Shown here one piece after another: positions 53,958 to 64,000 of a DNA stretch of 64,000 nt. The DNA comes from Mobula hypostoma (taxonomy: Eukaryota). Positions within the stretch are counted from its first letter, which is position 1, and each line of letters begins with the position of its first letter. The notes under the pieces were generated by a model, which was given only the letters and a program-made list of their open reading frames with translations, was not told the DNA's origin and did not search any database. Made by a program: the position numbers and the translations under genes. The stretch is taken from contig NC_086108.1 of the NCBI RefSeq assembly GCF_963921235.1, positions 28,770,001 through 28,834,000 of the forward strand. The letters are read 5' to 3'.

Positions 53958-54165
53958 ACCTATGCAAGTGGGCTACGCCGTGGTGAGCATTTATACTTGT
54001 GCGTTGGTATGTCTGCGTCTCTCTACAATTCACCGCTAAAACGCTAGTTGGCAGTGGGGTTTCTATGCCACTGTGTTGAGTTTCTTCATGTTGAAACTCA
54101 ACACAAAGAAACTCAAACTTCAAACAATGGCGACTGAAAGTAAAGGAGGGTACAGCCTAAACTTC

Positions 54166-54268
54166 GAGTGTACCTCTTCCTAGAGATGCTGCCTGGTCTG
54201 CTGCGTTCACCAGCAACTTTGATGCGTGTTGCTTGAATTTCCAGCATCTGCAGAATTCCTCGTGTTTT
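54166..54268 (+). mobile_element. Penelope tail fragment nested in the Harbinger
   Basis: tgtacctcttcctagagatgctgcctggtctgctgcgttcaccagcaac...cagaattcctcgtgttt. Confidence 0.8.
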
Positions 54269-56039
54269 TGAATTTCCTGTGCTTGTCCGGCCACTAAGAG
54301 ACATGGACCAGGAAACGCATTTCAAATATTTTCGGATGTCGGCAGGTAGATCTGACGATTTGGTTCATCGTCTCCAACCATTTATTTCGCATCAGTGTAT
54401 GCACAGTATACTCTGAGACTGGCAATCACCATTCGAGTTTTAGCTTCAGATGGAAGTCAACAGGCTGTACTAGCCAGCTACAAACTGGCATCAAGCACAG
54501 GGTCCTCGATAATTTCGGAGATCTGTAAAGCTTTATGGAAAGCACTGCAGCCAGAGTTCCTTCCCTGCCCTTCAGTCACCCAATGGGAAGCTATTGCAGC
54601 GTAGGAGGAAATGTGATGCTACCAAGCGGACCAGTCACAGTTGTTGCGGTCTGCGTCGCTGCTGCGTAGTTACATTTTGGGAGAAATGCGCGTTAAGCTA
54701 CGGCATAGAGTATAGCGTAGGGTATGCGGCTACATTGTACGTATGGTGTACATTTGATGCACAAGTATAAATTGGCCTTTACAGTGCCTCCCACAATTCT
54801 GCCATTGCCACTGCTACAGAATCCAGAAAAGATTCACAGCAATGTTGCATGGACTGGAGAGCTTGAATTATAAGGAGAGTTTGCAAAGGCTGGGTCTGTT
54901 TTCCCTGGATTGAAGGAATAGGAGGACTGACCATATAGAGTATTATGCAATTATGAAAGTAAGTATTTGCTAGGGTGTAAATAAGTCTAAATCCAAAGAG
55001 CACTGGTTTGATGTGAGACAGGAAAGAAATCTGGCACGTCCCATCAACCCATACCAATTTATATCCATGCACCATTGAAAGCATTCCCTCTGGGTGCATA
55101 ACAGCCTGGTATGACAACTGCTCTGCTTCTGACTGCAAGAAACTGCAGAGCTATGGACACAGCTCAACACATTACAGAAACCAATCTCCCCATGACAGAC
55201 TGTCTATACTTCTCACTACTGCCTCAGTACAGCAGCCAGCATGATCAAAGACACCAGCCACCCGGACAATCTCTTTCCTCCATTGTTATTCTTTTACCTT
55301 TCTTCTACTTCTGTGCACCTTGCAATGATTTCATCTGCATGAACGCTATGCAAGACAGGTTTTCCAATGTATTTTGCCACGTGACAATAATCATCAAATA
55401 CTTGCATTTAAAAGGGACTTGAGAAGCAAGCTTTTGAAGAGAGATGAGAATGGAGGGTGAGTGTGTGTGTGTGTGTAGGTCGATGGATCACTGCCTTCGA
55501 ACATAGTTTTCCTGAAAACTATAAATGATTTGCGGCTCATCTATTGATCTATTATGCATACACAGTTATAATTTTGCATTTACACTGTACTTGAAACCAT
55601 GAAATTCCCTTCGAAATGCACTTACAAACTGAGAACAATATATATTGTATATCTGGAACTTGCATTGAGATTCAACCCAGTACATACTAGGCAAAGCCCC
55701 CTGCCATTCAGTACGTTTACATGGAGTGCTGCGACAAGAAAGCAGCATCCCTCATCAAAGACTCCCACCACCTAAGGCCATGCCCTTTTCTCACTACTGC
55801 CATTGAGCAGGAGGTACAAAAGCCTTAGGTCCCACACCACCAAGTTCAGAAAATTAGTACTTTACAACCATCAGGTTCCTGAACTGACGTAGATAACGTC
55901 AATCACCATTACTCTAAACTGACTTTCCGTTGGTTCACCCTCCTGAAAGATGCTGTCATGTCAGCCTCAGAGACTGAAATCACAGGGTCATCAAGGGCTG
56001 TGAGACTTAATGTAGGTTCCTCCTTCTCCATGTTTTTCT

Positions 56040-58175
56040 AACCTCATTTTGACTGTCAAAACACAGAGGAAACTTCACGAACTCCCACAGCCCCTGATAA
56101 TCTTTGGTTTCAGTTTCACGTGCGAAGTGGAAATTCTGGACCAAACTTGAGTCATTGAAAGATGCTCGACAACAGTGGCAGGGCTTGAATGCAATTACCT
56201 CTTACAACATGAAACCTAGCAACATGGCTAACAATATGGCCTCGTTCCAGGATGAGCTTATCACCTTCTATTGACCATCAAGGCATGAGGAACCTTCACA
56301 AACTCCCATAGTCCTCGATGACTATGATTTCAGTTCGAGGCCAGCGTGAGATCATCCTGCAGGAGGGTGAACACCCAGAAATCATCCAGCCCAAATGGGA
56401 TACCTGGCTGAGTGCTAAATACCTATGCTGATCAACTGGCCGAATTTTCACCTATATCTTTAAACTTTCACTTTAGCAATCTGAGATACCAACCTGCTTC
56501 AAACAAGCTTCAATTATATCAGTGCCTAAGAAGAACGTGGTAACCTATCTCAATGACCATCACCCAAAAGCACTTACATACATTGCAATGACGTGCTTTG
56601 ACAGGTTGGTGATGAAACATATCAACTCCTGCCTGAGAAGCAAGTTGGATCTGCTCCAATTTGCCTATAGTCACAACAGGTCCACAGCAGATGCCATTTC
56701 ATTGGCTCTTCACCCAAGTAACCCTGGAACATTTGGACACCAAAGATCCATATATCAGGAAGCTCTTTATTGACTACACCTCAGCATTCAATACCATCAT
56801 CCCCTCAGGATTAATCAATAAGCTTTAAGACCTTGACCACAATACCTCCTTGTGCTATTGGATCCTCAATTTCCTTACCTGCAAACTCCAGTCAGCTTGG
56901 ATTGGCAATATCTCCTCCATAATTTCTATCAGCACAGATGCACCACAAAGCTGTGTGCTTAGTCCTCTGCTCTAATGCCATATTTTAAGTTTGCTGACGA
57001 CACCACCGTTGAAGGCCGAATCAAATGTGGTGAGGAATCGGCGTATAGGAGGGAAGTTGAAAATTGAGCTGACACAACAACAACCTCTCGTTCAATGTCG
57101 GCAAGACCAAAAGGAGCTGATTATTGACTTCAGGCAGAAGAAACTGGAGGTCCATGAGACAGACCTCATTGGGTGATCAGAGGTGGAGAGGGTAAGCAAC
57201 TTTAAATTCCTTGGTGTTAGCATTTCAGAGCTGCCTTGGGCCCAGCAAGCCAGTGCCATTATGAAGAAAATACAGCAGAGCCTCTACTTCCTTAGAGGTT
57301 TACGATGATTTAGCATGACATTTAATGCTTTGACTAACTTCTACATGTGTAGTGGAGAGTATATTGACTGGTTGTATCACAGCCTGGTATGGAAACACCA
57401 ATGCCCTTGAATGAGAAATCCTACAAAAATTAGCAGATGTGGCCCAGTCCTTCACAGACAAAGCCCTTCCCAACATTGAGCACACCTGCCTACAGCACTG
57501 TCACAGGAAAGCTGCAACCACGATCAATGACTCCCACCATCCAGGCTGTGCTATCTTCTTGGTGCTGCCATCTATCAGGTAGAAGGTACAAGAACCTCAG
57601 AATATACACCTCCAGGTTCAGGAACAGTTACTACCCCTCAACCATCAGGCTCTTGAACCAATAAGGATAACTTCACTCAACTTCACTTGCACCGTTCCCA
57701 CAATTCACGGACTTACTTTGGAGGTCTCATACTCTTAAGTTCTCAATATTTATTGCTTATTTATTACTATTTTTCTTTTTGTATTTGCCTTGTTGTCTTT
57801 TGCTCATTGGTTGCTAGTCAGTTCTGTTGGGTTCTATTATGTTTCTTGGATTGACTGTGTATGCCTGCAAGAAATCGAATCTCAGGGTTGTATTTGGTGA
57901 CACATATGCACTTTGATAATAAATTTACTTTGAACTTGATTCTACAACCTAAAAACTCACTTTCAAAGACCCTTTACAACTCATTTTCTCAGTATTATTT
58001 GTGGTTATCTCCTTTAGCACATTGTTTTTTTTGTTAGTCTTTGTTTATGTATGTTTTTGGCAAAATTCTATTGCATTTCTTTATTTCCTTTAACTGCCTG
58101 CAAGAAAATGAATCTCAAGGTAGTATATCATAACATGTACATACTTTGAAAATAAATTAACTTTGTACTTTGAGT
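56040..58175 (+). mobile_element. Decayed Rex/Babar LINE with two successive 3' tails
   Basis: [18 protein letters not shown], tttgctgacgacacc (FADDT), KELIIDFR; tails ending ~57940 and ~58170. Confidence 0.8.
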
Positions 58176-58339
58176 TTTGTTACAAGGTCCATTATGTGTT
58201 TTCCAATTTCCAACAGTAATCTAAATTCTTGCCTTGAAATTATTCCAGAGGCCAGACCATCAGGGTTGAAAATATTTGACGTTTTCATCTTTTCAGTACA
58301 AACTGAAACATCACTGCCAAGGATGGCCTCATTGAAATC

Positions 58340-58720
58340 TACTGAAAGGTGTAAGGCCTTGATAGATTGGATGTACAGTGGATGTTTCTTATGGTGGGAG
58401 AACCTAAGACCAGAGAACATAGCCTCAGAATAGAGGGGCGTCCTTTTAGAATGGAGATGAGGAGGAACTGTTTCAGCGACAGTGCAGTGAATCTGTGGAA
58501 TTCATCGCCACAGGCAGCTGTGAAGGCAAGTCTATGTACACTTAAAGCAGAGGTTGATAGATTCTTGATTGAACAGGGCATGAAGGAATATGGGAGGGGA
58601 AGGTGAAGGGGGCAGGAGAGTGGGGCTGAGAGAAAAAATGGATCAGCCATGATGAAATGGCATAGCAGACTTGATTAGCCAAATGGTCTAATTCCGCTCC
58701 TATATCTTATCGTCTTATGG
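58340..58720 (+). mobile_element. CR1 3' end
   Basis: KTREHSLRIEGRPFRMEMRRNCFS..VNLWNS; tcttatcgtcttatgg tail. Confidence 0.8.
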
Positions 58721-59095
58721 TATTATGATCTTCAGTTTGACCCAGTTATTGTTGCCTCATGAGGAGCAGCAGAGATATGGCAAGTGTCATTCGGCAGCTA
58801 CCAGGAGCACAGTTCAAGGCTGGATTCGTCACCTTCCTCACCTACCCTCTACTCATCCTTACCTTTTAACTCCCACCCCAGTTTCTTGACTTACTTTTAG
58901 CCTCAACCCCCTCCCCCAGCCAGCCAGCTCCCAGACACAATTCTCCTCCACCTGCCAAAGTTAGAGCAATAAGTTGAGATGAACTTGCAAACAGCCTCCA
59001 CGGTAGGGGAGAGAAACCAGAAAGCCTGGCACCATCAATGGTTTAGAATGCATTCAATGGAGAATGAAACCGAGCAAAGTGTAACACTAGTGTTG

Positions 59096-59316
59096 CACAG
59101 GGCTTTGTCTTGATTTCCACCAGATTAACACTGATGAACACTACAATGCAAAATGCTACCCTTCTCAACTTGCTTACAGAGGAATCAATATTTTAACTGC
59201 TGATATACACAGGGCTTTGTCTTGATTTCCACCAGATTAACACTGATGAACACTACAATGCAAAATGCTACCCTTCTCAACTTGCTTACAGAGGAATCAA
59301 TATTTTAACTGCTGAT
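59096..59316. repeat. Perfect tandem duplication of 109 bp
   Basis: 59096-59204 identical to 59208-59316, 3-nt spacer ata. Confidence 0.95.
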
Positions 59317-59621
59317 TTAGATTAAAAAAACATTTGCTCATTTTCTTTATATGTGGCAATACTCCAAAGTAGAAGTAATAAAGTTTCCATTGTTACAGAT
59401 TCCAAAGTAACCGGAAAATTATCAAAATAAAAAAAAATTGCATCCCTAATCGCATCATGGTTCAGTCAGAGAGGCAAAGAGAAATACAGCACAGAAACAG
59501 ATTCTTTTCCCCACTGACTCTGTGCTGTCAACCACCCACCCCTGCTCTGACTTTGATCATATTTTCCTCCCCATATTCCTCTTACCAACCCTAGATTTTA
59601 CCGCTCACCGACACATTACAG

Positions 59622-59702
59622 CAGGGGTTTCCAACCTTTTTTTAAGCCATGGACCCCTAGCATTAAATGAAAGGTCTCTCAACCCCAGGTTGGGAACCCC
59701 TG
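59622..59702. mobile_element. 81-bp hAT MITE inside a decayed SINE
   Basis: TIRs caggggtttccaacct / aggttgggaacccctg; TSD cattacag/cattagag. Confidence 0.8.
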
Positions 59703-60910
59703 CATTAGAGGCAGCTTACAGTGGCCAATTAACCAACCAAAATGCACGTTGTCGGGCTGTGGGAGGACACTGGAGCAGCCCGACTCATGTAAACTTCACA
59801 CAGACGGCACCTGAGGTCACAGCTGCTACTGCTCTATTAGCTGCACCACTGTGCAGCCAAGTTGCAAAATTGAGATAATCTTTTAGGATAGTAATCCAGT
59901 GAAAGTAAGGCACCACCTGGTGGAATTTTTTTAGTTAATGTGCCAAGTAAGAGATGAACAAATTAATTCACTTAGAGGCGACTCACACACCACCCTCCCC
60001 GCACTTTAAAGGGAGTTGCATTTCTAAAAAACCACCCATAACATGATTTTCTGCAACAGACAGCTACATTATCTGGACATTGCATCAAGAAATGAAAGCT
60101 CAGAAAGAATGAATTAATTTATTTGCATGTCCAACACAAATTCCAAAAGAGCAAATTTTATTCTGCACCTTATATTTTTTGGCAAAGTTTTAGGAATTTT
60201 GTAAGGGAAAACGTCCATAACCCAACTGTAACACGGGGATTGCGGGTGTAACAAGGATATCGCTTGTGTAAGCAATTAATGAATTCATCTTCTACTGTGC
60301 TTGACAAGAAGCTGCAACCTAACTTCAGAATGTGGCTTCTTCCACGAAACTTGAGCTGGTAGTCCACAGCACCCGACACCCAGGTTCAGTCTCTGTAGAG
60401 TCTGCCTGCTCTCCCTGTGATTGCATGGATTTTCTCCCACACCCCGAAGTTAAGCTGACTGTCAAGACTGTAGATTGCCCATGGTGTGCAGATAGGTCTG
60501 GAAAAATGTGATGGGAATGAGGAGAGGTCAGAGAAAAGGTGTGAGGGAATGAGATTGCTGTGAACAAGTATAGATTCAATGGGGTGAATTACTTCATCTT
60601 ATGAAAGGAGAGAAGGGAAAAGTCATTCTCTAGCAGAACAACGCAATGGGTTCTAGAAAAAGAAAACGTATAAAAAATTCTCCAAATTACCACGAACAAT
60701 GCAGCAGACCAGCTAAGATTCCAGACATTAAAAGTAATATATCCATATCAGTGCCTTTTAAAGTCCAAACCTATGTCCCCATAGAGAGGTGGAAACGGGT
60801 AAAGGCAGCCAACAGGAGTCTGATGAGGCTGCACAGGCCAATCCCCTGTACAGCAGACACAACAGATTACAGAACACTGATGAATGGTCATCCATGGCCG
60901 ACGCTCTCCT

Positions 60911-61261
60911 GGAAGGGGAGGGGGGAAGGAAGGGGAGGGGGAAAGGGAGGGGGGAAAGGAAGGGGAGGGGGAAAGGAAGGGGGGAAGGAAGGGGGGGAAG
61001 GAAGGGGGGGAAGGAAGGGGGGAAGGAAGGGGGGGAAGGAAGGGGGGGAAGGAAGGGGGGGAAGGAAGGGGGGAAGGAAGGGGGGAAGGAAGGGGGGAAG
61101 GAAGGGGGGAAGGAAGGGGGAAAGGAAGGGGAGGGGAAAGGAAGGGGAGGGGGAAAGGAAGGGGAGGGGGAAAGGAAGGGGAGGGGGAAAGGAAGGGGAG
61201 GGGGAAAGGAAGGGGAGGGGGAAAGGAAGGGGAGGGGGGAAAGAGGAAGGGGGGGGAGAAG
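60911..61261. repeat. Pure polypurine (GGAAG/GGGGA-type) tract, ~350 nt
   Basis: No pyrimidine seen on the plus strand across the interval; many G4-G7 runs. Confidence 0.95.
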
Positions 61262-62399
61262 ATCCATTTTAGTGAGGGCTTCAGATGACAAAGCACTAAA
61301 ATTAAATCATGACCTAGGCAAGTCCAACTAATGTCATGAAACCAGTTAAATTTTAAATCCCTGCCATGACCCTTTTTTAAAAACTGGCAAATAAGTGGAA
61401 TAATTTCCTTCCTTATTGGCTCCTTCCTTTCTGATTTTTGGCACAGGTTTTCAACAAGTCAGGAGTTTTAAGATGGGCCACTTGAAATTATAGTGGCAAA
61501 TTGGTGTCTGAGAGATTTTACAATCCTTGTGTCAGGCGACCATTTAGACGGGAATATAAACTGATCAGAAGTAGAGATGTGGAAACCATTTTGGTGTCTA
61601 ATGCTGTAAAGCACAAGATACCGTTCTGTGCATTCATAGAAGTGCAGTGTCAAATAAAATTTAATACTGTGCACAGGAGGAGATACAATGGTAGGCAACC
61701 CAAAGTTTTGTAAAATAGTTTTGACAAGAAATAGAGGTAGATTAGTTCTGGGAGAGAAACATAAGTTGTGAGGCTCAGCCAAATAATATGATCATGAATA
61801 ATGGGGAATGAAAATGAGACCGCTCCAGAAGCAATAATTGGTAAAGCAGACATGCAAAATTTGTAGAACTGGCGATTACAGAAATGGCAAGCGGGAAATC
61901 ATGTGATTTTAAAGTTAAATGATCATTGATTTATTGATCCTGGCATCAATGTAAGTACTCATTTCTCCTTCCACAGATGCTGTCTGACTCGACGGTTCCT
62001 AACAGTCTCTGCTTATTTCATCAAGGTAGCGTTACCATCCTCACCTCTCACGGCCGAGTGTTCAAAACTCATTCCAGAGTTTCAAGTGTAAAATCCAGCC
62101 CAACGATCCAGAATGAACTTTGTCAGCTGGTGTTGCAGCTAAGTTCAAACAGCTCACCAATAAGAGATTCTTCAAAGTGTTATCTCTGTCACAGCCTCTA
62201 TCGCTAACTTTACTTTTGTCAGAGACAGGGACATGTATATGAACTCACGTACTTGTTTTTTAAGGTGGACACAAAGGGAAGGTGTTCAACTTCCTTGCTG
62301 ATAAAAATGAAAATGATTGTTCACGGAAGATCTAAATTATCTAGGATTTAAGAAAACTGACTTATTTTTTTGGAATAAACCTAAATAAAACAGATGCCA

Positions 62400-62685
62400 C
62401 AGGAACATAGCAGTTAGTGTGACGCTATTACAACCCAGAACGTTCTGGAGTTCAATTCTGGCGCACTTCTGTAAGGAGTCTTTGTATATCTCCCCACGGG
62501 CTGCATGGGTTTTCCGTGGGTGCTCTGGTTTCCTCCCACAGTCCAAACACCTACTAGGTAGGTCATTATAAATTGTCCTGTGATTAGGTTAGGGTTAACT
62601 GTGTTGTGGGGTTGCTGGTGCAGTGTGGCTCAAAGGACTGTGAGGACCTATTCCACGCTGTATTGCTAAATAAAAAATAAATAAA
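62400..62685 (+). mobile_element. V-domain-type tRNA SINE
   Basis: B box gagttcaattc; core gggttttccgtgggtgctctggtttcctcccacagtccaaa; taaa tail. Related decayed copies at ~7.9, 38.85, 51.9, 59.7 and 60.4 kb. Confidence 0.7.
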
Positions 62686-62915
62686 AACAGAACTTGGGGT
62701 GCCCTTGAATGGTTTGGCTGTATATCTAAATAAGGTGCACACTTATGCTTCAGTACAATCAGAAGCAAAATACCCAGGCAAGAAGGCCCAGAACTGGAGT
62801 AGGCACGAGCAAGACAGGGCACCAGTGAGCAACTTGTTGCAATCAGAGAGACCAAAAACATACACGAGATGAGTGTCGGGTGAGTAAAGCCAAGTAAGAC
62901 CAGAAGTCAGTCTGT

Positions 62916-63245
62916 GAATCAGAATGAGGTCTATTATCACCAACATATGTCATGAAATCTCTTGTTTTTCTGGCAACAATACAGAATAAATTATTAAAAA
63001 TACATTCTGATAAATTAATAAATAAAGCAAAAGAGGAATAGAAAGAGTGTTTTGGACTGTTCGGAAATGCAATGGCAGAGAGGATGAGGCTATTCCTAAA
63101 ACACAGCGTGGATCTTCAGGCTCCTGCACATTCACTCCAATAGTAATGATAAGAAGAGGGCATGTCCCAGATGGTAAGGATCCTTAATGATGGATGACGC
63201 CTTCATGAGGCACCGCCTTTTGAAGGTGTCATCGATAGTGGGGAA
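62916..63245 (-). mobile_element. Rex/Babar 3' end
   Basis: gaatcagaatgaggtctattatcac tail and ccttaatgatggatgacgcc motif as in the 41680 copy. Confidence 0.65.
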
Positions 63246-64000
63246 AATTCCTCACAGACAGTTGTTCTGCAAAGAGCAGATGGTGGAGAACTGGCTGTAA
63301 ATTTTATGAGTCAGGCTTGATGCATGGCAGCAAGAGCTGCTAGACAATGCAATGCAGTCAGGAGATGGCTGTAAATCTGTCATATCCGGTGCAAATATAG
63401 CCTGAATGGCTAGTTCATCTCAGGTCCACTTAACCCTGTTCTAGCATTCATTGTTGGTGTGCAATATTGTTAGCAGCCACTTGTTAAAAGCTGTCTCTAC
63501 CCCCACACTCCACCTATCAGATATTGCCAGGAATGATTCTAAATTTAGAATGATTCTCACTGGAATTACAGCATGCAGAACAAAGAAACAACTTAACACA
63601 AGCAGCAGAAGAATAAATTTCAAACAGATAAACTGATTCCCTCTGCCTCAGGTTCCACAAGCCTCTTTTACAAATGCCCTCCTCCGCCCTGTGAATGTAT
63701 TACCATAACAGCCTGTGTTAAAGAAGATGACAACCTGCAGAGAACTAGTTCTGCAGTTCTACACAGTAAAGGGCTACGAATGTTATTTTTTTGGTTATTT
63801 ATTATTTGCACTCAGCACAACAATAATTTAGAGCTCTGTAACCCAATAGGGCATCTACCAAAAATGTGTTTGCTAGACAACCAAATGTGCACAAAATCGT
63901 TCATGTTCAGATCAAGATACAATGTGTGTCACCTGGGTTCAAAACTGTGTACAATTTCAATTCCTGTCAATATATTTGTGAGTGTGCTACACAACAGTAG

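Larger units (their letters stand above)
53741..54778 (+). mobile_element. PIF/Harbinger non-autonomous transposon with transposase remnant
   Basis: TIRs aggctgatttataattgtgc / gcacaagtataaattggcct; TTA TSD both sides; [44 protein letters not shown]. Confidence 0.85.

Noticed and set aside
60646..61331. Long G/K/E/R-rich and P/S/F-rich ORFs
   Set aside because: Artefacts of the stop-free polypurine tract

Overview
Vertebrate (eukaryotic) genomic DNA. The repeat landscape (CR1, Rex/Babar, Penelope, V-SINE) suggests a cartilaginous fish, probably a ray; this is inference. The only host-gene sequence I can support is two small minus-strand coding exons (33033-33109 and 15060-15120). They splice in frame to DRSALSNTKAKLGKEAPVLTHAPRANIHTSDSQQEFFKMLDEKIER, which resembles the C-terminal half of vertebrate C1orf21, so the window is probably all intronic to that gene. 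Most of the rest is decayed and nested transposons: L1, CR1, Rex/Babar and RTE LINEs, Penelope-like elements, tRNA/V-SINEs, two solo LTRs, and hAT, Pogo/Tigger and Harbinger DNA elements. Most notable: (1) a TSD-bounded composite insertion (25555-29297) made of a GC-rich exon-like leader, a minisatellite and an internally deleted RTE whose 5' end folds as a mutated HDV-like ribozyme, suggesting 5' transduction through failed self-cleavage; (2) two TSD-bounded inverted (tail-out) Penelope insertions and at least five minimal hammerhead ribozyme motifs; (3) an ITS2/28S rDNA fragment inside a Tigger-like transposon. Boundaries of old repeats are approximate and family names come from motif recognition, not database searches.
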